Source: Eledone cirrhosa (lineage: Eukaryota). Taken from it: a stretch of DNA of 64,000 nt. The position numbers and the translations under genes are program-made. A model generated the notes under the pieces. The model ran no database searches and was not told the origin of the DNA. It saw nothing but the letters and a program-made list of their open reading frames with translations. The stretch lies in assembly GCA_964016885.1 (NCBI GenBank), contig OZ024756.1, positions 33,232,001 to 33,296,000 on the forward strand. The letters are read 5' to 3'. Shown here one piece after another: positions 42,870 to 56,355 of the stretch (within the stretch, counting starts at the first letter, position 1; every line of letters begins with the position of its first letter).

Positions 42870-44750
42870 TTATATATATATGTGTATATATACATATATA
42901 TATATATTTATATATGTGTGTAAACATATATGTATATATATATATATATATGTGTGTGTATATATATATATGTGTGTGTGTGTAAACATATATGTATATA
43001 TATATATGTGTGTATGTGTGTCTGTATGTGTGTGTGTGAAAATTAAAGAAGGAGGAGACAACACAGTACAATGAAGAAATATATTAGTTTAACGCTTGAT
43101 ATAGCAGGAAAAAACCCTTCACGTTTCGGTCACAAGTCTTTCAAAGGAAAAGTGGTGTCATTTCGTGCGTGGACGGAGATAAAGGTAGGATATTCTAGTA
43201 GAAGGGTTGTGGAGTAAATGTTGGCAATCATTCAACACCACCAGCGCCAATACCCCGCCACTGGGAGCCACGGTATATATACATACAGAGAGAGAGAGGG
43301 ATATTTAAATATACAAATACATATATTTATACATACGTGTATCGCATCTCTCTCCTCTCTCTGTCTATATATGTGTGTGTGTGGGTGTGTGTGGGGGGGT
43401 ATGTGTGTATGTGGGGGTGGGGGTGGGGGGGGGGCGTGTGTGGGCGTGGGTGTTTGCGTGTTTGTGTGCGTACTTTGGTGTTTTTCAATGCCATTTTAAT
43501 TTAATAAATACATTTCTGGCGATGTTCACAAATATATTGTTTTAGCTGAAGTCTGCTTTAAGTGAAATACTGGAACTTTGAAACTAAACTTCTCAAGCTG
43601 AATAATATATGATCGTCACTTCTAAGAAAATATTCAATCTTCACTTCTTCGTTTGAAGTAACCACGCAACATCGCGGTTGCAAATCCAATCTTTTCTGCA
43701 CCTTAGCTATGTCTACACATATAGAAATCAATTTTATTTTTGAAACCTTAAACAAAACATTTCAGCTTTTGCTTGAGTAATATATGTTTGCCTGCTATCA
43801 TATCAGATAATACTATATTACTCAACAAAACTGAACTTGTTTTGGAGAATGGCTCTTGGGATAACGATCGTATTGTTCTGAGTTGAATTCCAGCACGAGC
43901 ATACACGTTGTGTTCTCTCGGATTACCTTATATTACATTATATTTCACAAAATAGTTAAAATAACACTGATGCAAAGAACCATCAGCTTTTGCTTTTCTG
44001 ATGGACAGCATAGCGGTCGTTCAGACGGGGTACTTGGATGTATGGGCGATGTTTAATCTTTCACATAACACCATATCCAGGCTTATGCCATACAGAGGCA
44101 ACTCGACGTTCCGTCACTCATGGATACTGGATCTATGTTCATTTATGAGAGAAAGAGAAAGTGGCGTGGGCTGTATGCATTCCTTTTTCTTTTTTCTGCT
44201 ATCAATTCAGAAATTATTGCTGCTTCAGTTTTGATTTTGTCAACGAGAACAACAATTGAATGGTTAATATTATATGTCATCACATCTGTACAATGTATTG
44301 GGAATGAAAATGAAACTGTTTTAATATAAAACGAATAATAATATTGAGACGACAATAACTATACCAGCCAGCCCACTTTATACTACAATATACTACAGAT
44401 GAAAGATAACAAATAAAAGAAAAGAATAGTAACAGAAACAATTAAGATTATATAAGAGATATTATTGCTTTAGGCTTCGTTTCTTCTACGTCTTTGTGAG
44501 AATTAGTCACGCTTTTGTTGGCGTCAAAGATAAAAAAAAATAGCGTGTATATCACTGAATTCTCTATTTTGTATCGACAAACCAACTTCACATTAAGTAT
44601 GTGATGATAAAAATAGACTTCGTTAAAATGTGTTGGTCACATTCAAACATTCAAAGGTAGTAGCAGTACATTTTCCTATCGACACTCAGACAAGTCAATA
44701 AGAATGTAGGTCTTCATTTATATTTAAGTTCTATGTCAGGATGTATCATA

Positions 44751-44831
<81 letters not shown>

Positions 44832-44925
44832 ATGTGTGTATGTGTGTGTGTGTATGTATGTATTTATATATATATATATTTATATAGAAATTTTGCTCTC
44901 AATTGTTCATTATGCTATTTCCCTT

Positions 44926-44974
44926 GGTAAGCTGTATCAGATCTATCTCCAGGATAGATCTGATACAGCTTACC
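44926..44974. repeat. Perfect 22-bp inverted repeat with 5-nt loop
   Basis: ggtaagctgtatcagatctatc-tccag-gatagatctgatacagcttacc. Confidence 0.9.
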
Positions 44975-45392
44975 TATATCAGCTGTTTCTTTTCTCTGTC
45001 AAAGCCACTTTTTGTTATACATAGCTAACGTCTAACTATGATCATAAATGTCCATATCTTTGTTTAAATCGATAATGCATGATTTAAAAGAAAAGAGATT
45101 TTTCTATCCTTCCTTCAATAAGGTAAAAGAGTAAACTGTTTTCATATTTTGCTCTTAATTTATGTCAACTCTAATTTTCATTCTTGTATTTCTAATTTGT
45201 ATTTTCTCGGCTTTCTCAAGCGAGTCATTTCCATATAGCTGGTAATCCTTCACCTATGTTATGTAGTATATAATATTGTTTTAGTAATAGTTAAATGCGA
45301 CTCATAAAACTGTCGTAGTGTATTATATGATAAATATTTTGACATATGTTTCATTGTACTAAATTTTTCTCTCTGCATTTATTTCATTACAG

Positions 45393-45464
45393 CACAAGAT
45401 GCAGAAAAGGTCACCGTACAGAAAGGGGTCACCCTGACATTAAAATGTGGAGAGAAGAGCACCA
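45393..45464 (+). CDS. Ig-superfamily cell-adhesion protein (lachesin/amalgam/IgLON-like), exon encoding start of Ig domain 1
   Basis: Polypyrimidine tract and ttacAG acceptor, GTAAGT donor; 72 nt, phase 1/1; translates xQDAEKVTVQKGVTLTLKCGEKST (Ig A'/B strands with first Cys). Confidence 0.85.
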
Positions 45465-45585
45465 GTAAGTCTCGATTGTTCTACACTCGCCCGGCCATAT
45501 ATATATTATATATATATATATATAATATATATATATGTGTGTGTGTGTGCGTGTGTATGTGTTTATATATATATATATATATAGA

Positions 45586-45619
<34 letters not shown>

Positions 45620-45679
45620 GGTGTACATATATATATAAGAAATGTAAATCTGAATTTTTCGAATATTAATAATGGGCTC

Positions 45680-45888
45680 TTATATAGGCACAAGGCCATC
45701 AATTTGGGGGGAGGTTAAAATCGATCAAATCGACCCCAGTGCGTGACTGGTACTTTATTTTATCGACCCCGTAAGGATGAAAGGTAAATTTAACCTCGGT
45801 GCGATTTGAACTCAGATCATAAACAGCCGTAACTCTATGCTGCAAAGCATGGCATTCGACCATCTACCGATACATCCAATTCACCGCC
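45680..45888 (-). mobile_element. SINE, long subtype (intronic)
   Basis: Full-length reverse copy. Confidence 0.85.
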
Positions 45889-46058
45889 TTTTTTCGAATA
45901 TGAATAATAATATTCGATTCGTTTGCAATTATGCAAACAGCCTCTTAAGTCATGTGAGTAGATCAACCGCGTCATCCATGTTCTTGTGCTGTAGACACAG
46001 AGCTGTTGACACTAATATTTCTGGGTGATTACCCTTCATCAGTACCGAATACTGTTTA

Positions 46059-46111
<53 letters not shown>

Positions 46112-47976
46112 GTTAATGGGATGTAAAATTAGGTCGATTTTCGCTGAATTTCTAGCTAGTCAAGCCAATACATAAATGTACTCTGGCTGGTGTCTGGCCA
46201 AAATTATTGTTTTATTTTGTTCTTTTTGGCATTTCCGTAATATTTTTTATAAGAATTATATTTATGAAGATCAGCATCTAGACATTTACTAGCATTCAGA
46301 CGTCTGTCATAAATTCATATACAGGTATTCTATTCCATTAATAGTTTCAGACGAATTAATATTTATTTTCATTTTGGTAGATTTACAAATTATTTGGAAA
46401 AAACTGTGTCATAAGATATTTCCTACTTTTAATTTATATATATTTCAATAAACTGGCTGTCAGTATTTTATTTTATATCTGTCTTGATCGAATATAAAAT
46501 TCACTAGACTTATAGCGCTACGCTTTTTCTTGTTGAACATAAATAATAACTAATTGAAAAATATCGACATTATTTTTTAAATACTTATAGGAGTTAAATA
46601 CGTTTTCAATTTGATATTTATGTTTACTGAAATACATTGTTAAAATATAGACATCATTATTTACAGACGTCAAGGTTTTTTTTTTTCTCTTTCGGATTTG
46701 TTATCTATGTGTATCTAGATACCATGTTATTCAATGTTGATTCTGAAACTAAACGACTGCACGAACAGATTGTGATCAGATAGTAGATGGCCAACGGCAT
46801 TAGCCATCAGATTCCTCCACCGTTTAATAATTCTAACGACCCAATTAGCCTACTGCATAACCCACATTGAATGTAGAAATATTAATGTATAATTTCTGCC
46901 ATTTCATAATGATTAAAAGATAGGGTAAACGAAGAAAAAGAATGAAAAAGGAGAATTAATGTGGACTGATGGAAGTAGGAAAGAAACTTTACACCATCGG
47001 CTGGGCGGTGTATCTCAGGATTGATCCACAGATCCAGACGGTGAGAGCTTTGCCGCGGAGAAGAGGCAGCAATACCTATTGCGTCAAACATTCCATATGA
47101 TGGGATTCCTTCATCAGGCATAGCAACATCGCCTCGAATGAGTGGAAATGGTAGCCGGGAACGTGGGGCAGCAGCGGAATCATCGAGTTATAGTGTAAAT
47201 CTGTCAACGATTAATGACTCCTGAACAGAAGAATTCTTATTCTGTAACACGTATCTACAACTCTACGTCTCAACTCACGTATCTCAACTGTACGTCTACA
47301 TTGAAGAATGTTTATAAGAGGAGTAAACAGCCAAAGCAACCAACTTTAATTGTGGTATAGAAACCTAGATATGACGAAAACTCATAACCTATTTGAAAAG
47401 ACGGAAACTAGCAAATTGAACTTTTAAGCTAACTGAAATTTTCAATAAATGCTAGTATAATTACAAAGCAGCACTATTCTACGTATTTTTCTTTTCTCAC
47501 TCCACATCAGCCAAACTGTATAAGTGAGACGGAATGTAATTACGAAATATTCATACAAGCCTCGTGTCGTGTGTAGTATTGTTCAGGTAAAAATGTATGA
47601 CGTAGGTATGAAAGTCTGGAGGAGAGGATTATTAACCGATACAAATTAAATGTCTGGTAAAAATAGTGAAAGAACGGAGAGTAGTGTTGAAAAGAAGCTC
47701 TAATATGAGAGAGAAAATGAAATTCAAACTTGGGATGAAGCCAACTACTGAACTAAAATGAAGAAATAAATGATTAAAGAAATGGAACAAATCGTTTTAA
47801 AAACATGAATGAATAATGGAATTATGTTATGAAGTAAATATGCCTAAGGCATGATACACATACTTTTTTTTTCTTCAGACAGACATATTTTAAATGAAGC
47901 ACACGCACAATCACACACTCCCTCACACGCACACACAACATGTATGTGTATATATATATATATATATATATGATTG

Positions 47977-48425
47977 TTATTAAAATAACAGATTAACGTT
48001 TAAGCAAAATATCGCTGCTTTCACCCTTAACGGGACTTCTGAAGCTAAACAAATCAATCTGTGAACGCAGAAGTAAATATTTCGAAAAACGTTGCAACCG
48101 AAGGAAGACAGGAAGACGATACTTTACTTTCGTTCGTGGAAACGTTCCCTATACTTATTTGTATAGGGAACGTTTCCACGAACGAAAGTATTGTCTTCCT
48201 GTCTTCCTTCGGTTGCAACGTTTTTCGAAATATTTACTTCTGCATTCGCAGATTGATTTTTTTAATTTCAGAAGATCCCGTTAAGGGTAAAAGCAACGAT
48301 TCTTTGCTTAAACTTTGATCTGTTATTTTAATAAATATTTGCTCTACGGTTCTTATATATTTGATATATATTTATCCTTATCCAGCCCTCTTTGGATTTT
48401 AGTCTTCAAATTTATTATTATTACT
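47977..48425 (+). mobile_element. Family A fold-back element
   Basis: ~175 bp inverted arms centred at tatacttatttgtata (~48157) plus 3' tail into (TA)n; fragments at 9095-9150, 10566-10690, 25385-25660, 57065-57150, 58008-58077 and 62650-62710. Confidence 0.75.
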
Positions 48426-49496
48426 ATATATATATATGATATATATATACGTATATATAGTATATATAGTATATATAGTATATATATATGTATACAGAGT
48501 GAGAGAAAGAGGGAGAGAGAGAGAGGGGGAGACAGAGAGCGGGAGAGAGGTATGTGAGGTAGTATGCGTTTGCTTCTCTGTGTATAAATCAATGCGTTGC
48601 TATTTCAATGAAAAACAATGTAACTGGAAAGAATTCAAGAACACAATTTAAAAAAATTTCTTTCAATCTAATATAGCGGCGATTCTTTTATATAAGGAGA
48701 GATTATATTAATTCAGTTAATTAGATCCGATGTATTATATGTTCATCTACTGTAGTTAAACCAATTACTTTAAAATTAGTTTATTGTAATTGGTTTAAAA
48801 TTGAGTGATTAGAAACTAATCGATTGAGTCTTTGGAATATACCTTAGAAAAGGTTAGCGGTAAAGCGGAAGCTAGACGGTTTAGCTGCAAACGTAGCAAC
48901 TACTTATTTACAACTTTAAACCGGGGTCCCGACAGAGCGAAGACACTAAGTCTATGTACGATGCTTCTACACTCAAGATTGACACCATTTCCGCCTGGAG
49001 GGATTTCACGCCAATACCATGTTTCAGATTACCAATGTCATAACACCCAGCACACATTTCCGTACAACATTTCCGTGTTTAGTTCCTGGATACATTTCAA
49101 TCCAGTACACAACTTCAGTTTGTAGTTTTTGTTTCTGAAGACACGATGGAAGAGGTTTCCAAAAGTGTCATGGGCAGCTTGGACTATCGTGTGGACTGAT
49201 GATACCCAGGTACAAGGAATCGTCTACCTTATCTTAAAATCTGAATGAATTGAGTTTGAAATAAGTTATGCAAGTATTTTTGTCTTCTAGAATTCCATAC
49301 GAATTTTTTGAAGTTGATAATTTGTATCTATATATGTAGGTATCTTTCTATCTATCTTGCACTCTGTATATATATATATACAGTGATATAAACAGGTACT
49401 CAAGTTTCGTTGGATTCTGGGCCCCAATTCATTCAGTCTGTCACGAGAAAAAGAAAAACAAAGATGTCCCCTTATTTATGAGTTTCACCAGATATT

Positions 49497-49531
<35 letters not shown>

Positions 49532-49689
49532 TATATATGATTCTTGTGCTACGCAGTAGGAGGGATCAATGGACATATGTCCAGAGCATCAATAATTAAA
49601 ATTAAGAGATATATATATATAGAGAGAGATAACAAGCCATGTATCGTGTTCTACACACATACAGCACACGATATTAAAGGGAAAATACG

Positions 49690-49892
49690 TATCGTTAGAG
49701 CATAAAAAAACATGGTTTGTGTTATAGAGTTACGGGCCTTAACGTTCTGTGTTCAAATCCTGCAGAGGTTAACTTTACCTTTTATCAATACGGGTTCGAT
49801 AAAGTAAAGTACCGGTAACGAATTGGGATCGATTTAATCGACTTCCCCTCCCCTCAAAATTATTGGTATTGTGCCTATATCGGAAACCATTA
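49690..49892 (+). mobile_element. SINE, long subtype, diverged, ending ~45 bp upstream of the 49937 acceptor
   Basis: B box GTTCAAATCC and body. Confidence 0.75.
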
Positions 49893-49936
49893 ATATATGC
49901 AACTATGATTTCATTTTTTTTTTGTATTTTTTTTAG

Positions 49937-50134
49937 GTTCCGAAAAAATCTTTTGGAAGAAAGGCAGCATTATACTCGCGTATGGCAAAGAAGTATTTGA
50001 AACTGACGAACGCATTGCAATTTTGGATGACTTGTCAATTGAAATTAAAAATATTACATTGGACGATGAGGATACCTATGAATGCCAGTTGCCTAAAGAG
50101 AAGAAACAATACTACTATAATGTCATCGTTACAA
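49937..50134 (+). CDS. Same Ig gene, exon completing Ig domain 1
   Basis: ttttAG acceptor, GTAAGC donor; 198 nt, phase 1/1; SSEKIFWKKGSIILAYGKEVFETDERIAILDDLSIEIKNITLDDEDTYECQLPKEKKQYYYNVIVT, with Ig Trp and D-x-x-x-Y-x-C motif. Confidence 0.92.
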
Positions 50135-50204
50135 GTAAGCCAAACGAATTTTGAAATGAATTTAAAACACTGATTTTTTCTAAAGATTCTAGTTTTGATT
50201 ATAT

Positions 50205-50260
<56 letters not shown>

Positions 50261-51179
50261 GCACAAACACAAATTTAGTTCCCAGAACAGTAGTTTAGCA
50301 GGAGATAAACGCAAAAACAAGTAAATATTTCTAATTGAGGGGGGGAAAGCTTTAAATTTAGTCAGAAAAGCGGTCGACCAACAGCTACTAAATCATTTCC
50401 CACATTTTCTGTGACCCCACAAAATCTTTACACGACACCTGAATGGGTCATGACCTATGATTTGAGAAGCCTAGTTCTATATGAAACAATAATATTTGAA
50501 TAATACACTGTTAACGCACCTGTAAATTACGTTAGTTGTGGATAATCTACATGGAGATACATTTCAAATTTACAAATTCAATTAAAAGAAAACAGATTTA
50601 AAGCTGATGTAGCATTCCCTACAGGATCGATGAATTTACGATCCGTTGGTTAACATACAACTGAAAGAAAGTAAAGACGAAAGTAATTTGGCAGCCCTCC
50701 TAACCTTCATACAACAATAGAAACATTGCCAAATTTAACAGATGTAATCTGTATTTAGTCATACGCTCTTGTAGATATGGCAGTTAAATCTCCCTAAAAT
50801 ATCAAATCTTTACGAACTGTTAGGAGAGACTGCATACAATGATCCCGAATACACTCTGGATCACAGCTGGGAGATTTTTTCGCGTCATAGGCTTGTTCGG
50901 TCAGAAGGTAAGCTACAACAGCGACACTATTCCACTTATACCAAGGCGTAACTCTCTATGCACATATTCTATCTGCTCTAAATAATAACTAAATCTCCCC
51001 ATCTTCAATCATTTTATATATGAGTTTTAATAATACCTCTGTGTACATCCATATTTGCTCAGAAATATACAATGATTTCTAATAGGACAGGCAGTTTATT
51101 CAGCGGAGTACTAATTGGTGCTCATTAAACACACTTCTATTTTCTAGCTAACACATACTTTTGTATTTCTTTATTGCAG

Positions 51180-51301
51180 TTCCACCGAAAGTCGAGATCC
51201 TTCGAAATACCAAAGAGCGCATTGTCATGCTGGCTAACCCTTTATCTATTGATTGTGTAGGTACAGGAAAGCCAGATCCTAAAATAACTTGGACGAAGGA
51301 C
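51180..51301 (+). CDS. Same Ig gene, exon encoding first half of Ig domain 2
   Basis: ttgcAG acceptor, GTAAGT donor; 122 nt, phase 1/0; IPPKVEILRNTKERIVMLANPLSIDCVGTGKPDPKITWTKD (C-x-x-x-G-x-P-x-P-x-I-x-W, I/C2-set motif). Confidence 0.93.
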
Positions 51302-52249
51302 GTAAGTGTCATTACTAAACTCAGATCACTTTTTCTATATTTTTACGTTGAAATGCATCAGAGTTCGCATGGATGCAGTAAAATGACTGCATCGTCAGAG
51401 TGGATGCCTATTTGTTTCAGCTTTAGTAGATGTTGTTGGATAGCACGTACATTAACCGAGTCGTCTAAGACATTGATATTAAGAACCAATCTCTAAGGAG
51501 GCGCAGATTCTATCCCACAGTACCGAAGCAGTATGTTTTGAACGTACGTATCCTGCTGTTTAGAATATTGGATACAGAGGCATAGTTTATCGGGTTTAAT
51601 TTCTGAACCTGAAGCCGCAGTGTATTTTTCGTAATGAGTCACTCAGGTAACACACTAATGGAAAGACAAATGGCAAAAGTGTTTCCATGTTACGAAATAA
51701 CGATCCTGATTTTCCTATATTGTATAGCTGCCAGTAAAGTCATTACAAGATGCGATCTTGCACACACCACACTCATAGTCGACTATATGTTAATATTTCA
51801 TGTGCTGAGTATGGAATGGACTTCTCTCAGTTTCGACAACGGGTGTTCCACTTCTTCGATTAAAGAGACGTACTTCCCATGAAATTACGAGTAACATAGT
51901 GACACAAACATTGATACCATGGAAATTGTTGAACAATGAACCTAATGATGATCTCATATTGATCTTTCCTTCATTATCAGAGTTCATTACAATAGAGAAC
52001 AAATACTTATTAGTATTTTTTCCGTCTCATCACGTACACTTTTCAACTCCCTGGAGGTCAACTTTGCTTTTCATCCATCTGAATCCGATTGAATGAAGGA
52101 ACGGAAAAGCACGGGGCCGATATAAATGGCATTATCTTCCCTAATAATCCCTATCCTTGTGCCGAAATTAGAAACCATTATTATAGATAGTTTCACATAT
52201 GTTACAATATTTTATCTTAGATGTGAGGTGGATGTTTTATAATTACGTC

Positions 52250-52527
52250 AGTGAATTTGCAGTATCGGGAGAAGGTCAGACATGCTTTCCAGCATAGTTA
52301 CGTCCCTTTACAATAATAATTATTATGGTCGTTGTTTTTTCAGTATCGCAGTATCGATAGTGCGTCAGACACTATGCTTTGCAGCATGGGAGTTATGGCC
52401 CTTTACGTTCTGATTCCAAATCCCGCCGAGGTTAACTTTGCCTTTCATCCTTACGGGGTCGATAAAATAAAGTGCCAGTAATGTACTAAGTAATTGCTGG
52501 CCTTGTGCCAAAAGTAGAAGCAATTAT
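52250..52527 (+). mobile_element. SINE head fragment plus full copy
   Basis: 52250-52310 and 52345-52527; degenerate copy at 52020-52180. Confidence 0.8.
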
Positions 52528-53202
52528 ATGAAGGCACGTGACTTAGTATTTAGGGGCTCGGTTCACGATCTTAAGCTTATAATTTTGATTCCCGCTTTCT
52601 CATTTTGTCCTTCTGGAAGACATTTTAGTTCATGTGTCTCCTGTCGAAACAGAATAATCTGCACGTGTAGTTCAAAGAACCAGCCGTGTCGTACAAACTG
52701 AAACTCTTTGAGAACTATGTTGAGAACAGTGAACTATGCATCTACGTATGCGATAATGTCACGAGCAAGATTTTCTAGTACTGAAAAACCCTTCGTTATA
52801 TCCATAAAATATTTTTGATCATATACTTTTGAAATGATAACATTTTAGGAAACGGTAATATATATACGTTTGATAAAGACAATATTTTCGAAGTTATTTA
52901 TTTTTCATAAGAATGTCCAGGAGAAATACAAGCGACAGAATTTGAATCAATAAAATGTTACCAAAAATATATATGTTTGTCCAACTTTTTTGATCGTCGT
53001 TTCATATAATTTAAAACGATTAGTAAATATGCGCAGGTATAGCTGTGTAGTTAAAGAACCCATTTCGCATTTAAGTAGTATCGGTTTGAGTTCCTGCGCG
53101 CGAAAATTCTGGTGGATGTCTTCCACTATAGTACTATAACTTCAGGTTTTTCAATGCCTTATGAATGGAATCCTGTTGACGGAGACTGTGTGGAATCAGC
53201 AA

Positions 53203-53270
<68 letters not shown>

Positions 53271-53385
53271 AATTTATATCTAGTAACATCTATATACATA
53301 CAGATGCATATCAATGCTAGCAAATATATAGGTTTTGTCTTATTAACAATGTGGTTCAATGCATGAGGCTGCAGAACAATAATAT

Positions 53386-53908
53386 GAGAGACGTAAAATA
53401 AGAAAATTATAAAATTAACTTACTTACTAAAAAATCACTTCCAACTAATTAGTTTCTGGAATGGAGTAAATATATTTTCCGAAGAATCATATAGAAAATC
53501 ATTCCGTCATCAGGAAATTCATTTGTCGAGCAATATTTGGCCATGACTGCTACTATGGTAGTAAGCTGGCTGCTGTCTTAATAACCACTCGCTTTCCACT
53601 GATTGACCTCGATGTCACGTGATTGATTCTTTTTGAATTTGCCACAGACGAAGAGGCAGTGATTTTCTCAATGGCTTGGGTTCCAGTCCACGCTTCGCTA
53701 TTTCCATTCCACTGAATTATTTTTTTAATAAGTTTCCAGTGTCCTCGCTATGCCTGGAGACCTATACGGAAAAAGACTTTCCTGATGACGGAATGATTTT
53801 CTATATGATTCTTCGGAAAATATATTTACTCCATTCCAGAAAATAATTAGTTGGAAGTGATTTTTTAGTAAGTAAGTTAATTTTATAATTTTCTTATTTT
53901 ACGTCTCT
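53386..53908. mobile_element. Family E fold-back element
   Basis: ~130 bp near-perfect inverted arms (53386-53518 / 53778-53908) around a 260 bp spacer; both arms break at tttcCTGATGA; right end abuts (TA)n. Confidence 0.7.
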
Positions 53909-54051
53909 TATATATATATATATATATATTTCAGGTGTTTATAAGAGGTACATATGTTGAATGTAATGACTTCCTCTGTGTAACAGGCGTATTCGACATA
54001 TGTAAATGTTGTAAATTTAAACAAAATCATTTATATATATATGTATGTATG

Positions 54052-54083
<32 letters not shown>

Positions 54084-54344
54084 TGTATGTATGTATGTAT
54101 GTATGTATGTATGTATGTATGTATGTATACTCTAAACATCTGATACATGTTCTGTAATCTTTACAACTACAATTTTCCCCGAAGTAATTTCAATTTTACT
54201 GTCCCCTCCTTCGGATTACTTCATTCATCTTTCTCTAAGTATTGATTTTACGTCAACTAGCAGAATTGTACTCCGCAATCTGATTATAATGTTGTTATTC
54301 TGTTTAGTATAGCAATTTTCCATTTATCTTAATAATAATAATGT

Positions 54345-54416
<72 letters not shown>

Positions 54417-54821
54417 GATAGAAAGACCGACAGAGAGAGAGAGAGAGAGATAGTAATGGCTCTCTAGGCATAGTGTGGTTTTACTTAATTTTGTCATCAT
54501 CGAGTCTAATCTAATAGATAATAAAAAAAAATCTATTGCCATTTTCCTCATGGTTAGAAAGTTGAAACCAAAGATAACTATATATATACTACTTCCTAAA
54601 CTACGGATGAAATCGTCTGTGTGTCGTTGACGTACATAACCTGATATACATGAGATTTATAACCCTAATGTAGGCAAACTCTTTCTCGTTTTAAGGAAAG
54701 ATATAGAGAGAGTGAAAAAGAAAATAGGGATGGAATCTTGTACTGATACATTAATTATCAATCTCAGAATATGTATACCACTGAAAACATTTTTGTTCAT
54801 TCTGCATCACCATCATCATCA

Positions 54822-54867
<46 letters not shown>

Positions 54868-54873
<6 letters not shown>

Positions 54874-55110
54874 ATGCTTTGGGAAGGTCATGTTGCCAAT
54901 AAGAAACACACGCACAAGTCGTTTCACTCCAATTTATTATAAATTAAATTTATAAATTTAAGAATTTATAAATTTCCGGTTGGTTGGTTGGTTCTATAAC
55001 TGGACGGTTGTTCATATATTGTCAAAGTTCTTTCGTCACACATTCTGTGACCTCTTCAGCACACGTTTTCAGATAAAGAATCTTGTTAAACAAATTCAGA
55101 AACGGAATAT
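54868..55110 (-). mobile_element. Family D element (linear copy with hammerhead remnant)
   Basis: Shares ttgttatgctttggga...cacacgttttcagat with 8497-8710; flanked by (TA)n. Confidence 0.65.
55021..55065 (-). ncRNA. Degenerate hammerhead (family D)
   Basis: CUGAAGA-G-GUCACA gaaug UGUGAC-GAAAGAACUU; helix I poorly paired. Confidence 0.4.
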
Positions 55111-55152
55111 ATATATATAGTTAAAAGAATAGAGGTGTAACACACAAGTTAT

Positions 55153-55551
55153 TATATATTGGTAAACGGAATAGAAAATGCTGACAAATTGTTAACAGTG
55201 AAAAATATTTTAATTAGGAATAAATGAGAATTAGTAATTGTAATGGTTAGTATTCAGTTTTGGTTTTAAGTTTTACCGGGTGCGCATTTCTAAATGCTTT
55301 TCAAAAATAATTTTGAGATAGACCGTTTTTTTAACATAAAAACAGGTAGGATTCCCAAAACTAATCAGATCAGAGCAAACATCACGGACGCTCTATCTCA
55401 AAATTATTTTTGAAAAGCATTTAGAAATACGCAACCGGTAAAACTTAAAACCAAAACTGAATACTAACCATTACAATTACTAATTCTCATTTATTCCTAA
55501 TTAAACTATTTTTCACTGTGAACAATTTGTCAGCATTTTCTATTCCGTTTA

Positions 55552-55558
<7 letters not shown>
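55153..55558. mobile_element. Family G fold-back element
   Basis: ~170 bp inverted arms, ~60 bp spacer, TA-rich ends. Confidence 0.7.
55407..55443 (+). ncRNA. Degenerate U3-A8 hammerhead-like motif (family G)
   Basis: UUU-UUGAAAA-GCAUUU ag AAAU(A/G)C-GCAACCGGUA-AAA; GAAA altered to GCAA; mirror copy in left arm at about 55270-55307. Confidence 0.4.
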
Positions 55559-55628
<70 letters not shown>

Positions 55629-55794
55629 ATATACATATATATATATACACATATCTACATATATATACGTACACACTTACATACATATATCTGTATATTT
55701 GTCCGCGTTAACACTCTCCACCCTCTCTCTCTCTCTCATCTTAATATATATGTATGTATATATGCATGTATATATATATAGAGAGAGAAGAGAA

Positions 55795-55849
<55 letters not shown>

Positions 55850-56019
55850 TATTTCTTTATTTACCATAAAGGCATAAAAAGAAGGGACAAATACAAAGGG
55901 GGAGTTCACATATAATCGAGTAAAAAGGGTGTAACATGAAAATAATCGAAAATAACCTCAAAAGGGAGGGGACGTGATGGGGGTTGCACACACCTTATAG
56001 ATAGATAGATAGATAGATC

Positions 56020-56051
<32 letters not shown>

Positions 56052-56174
56052 TATGTGCGAATTAAAACAAATTAACTGACACAAAACAGTTACATATCCA
56101 TGGGTGATATGTACTACTACTACTACTACTACTCATACTACTACTACTACTACCACTACTACTCATAATCATAA

Positions 56175-56310
56175 TCGTTTCTGATTTAGGCACAAGTCCA
56201 GTGCGTTACTTGTACTTTATTTCATCGACCCCGTGAGGATGAAAGGCAAAGCTAATCTCCGCACGATTTGAACTCAGAACTAAAGAGACAAACACCTTAT
56301 GCTGCCAAGC
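56175..56310 (-). mobile_element. SINE partial copy just upstream of the 56356 exon
   Basis: Family body and B box. Confidence 0.75.
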
Positions 56311-56355
56311 GCTCTACTACTACTACTAATAATAATATTTTAATCTTTCATACAG

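Noticed and set aside
49982-50173. 63-aa ORF MAKKYLK...
   Set aside because: Wrong frame of the real 49937-50134 exon.
51161-51496. 111-aa ORF as a complete gene
   Set aside because: Only 51180-51301 is exon; the rest is read-through past the GTAAGT donor.
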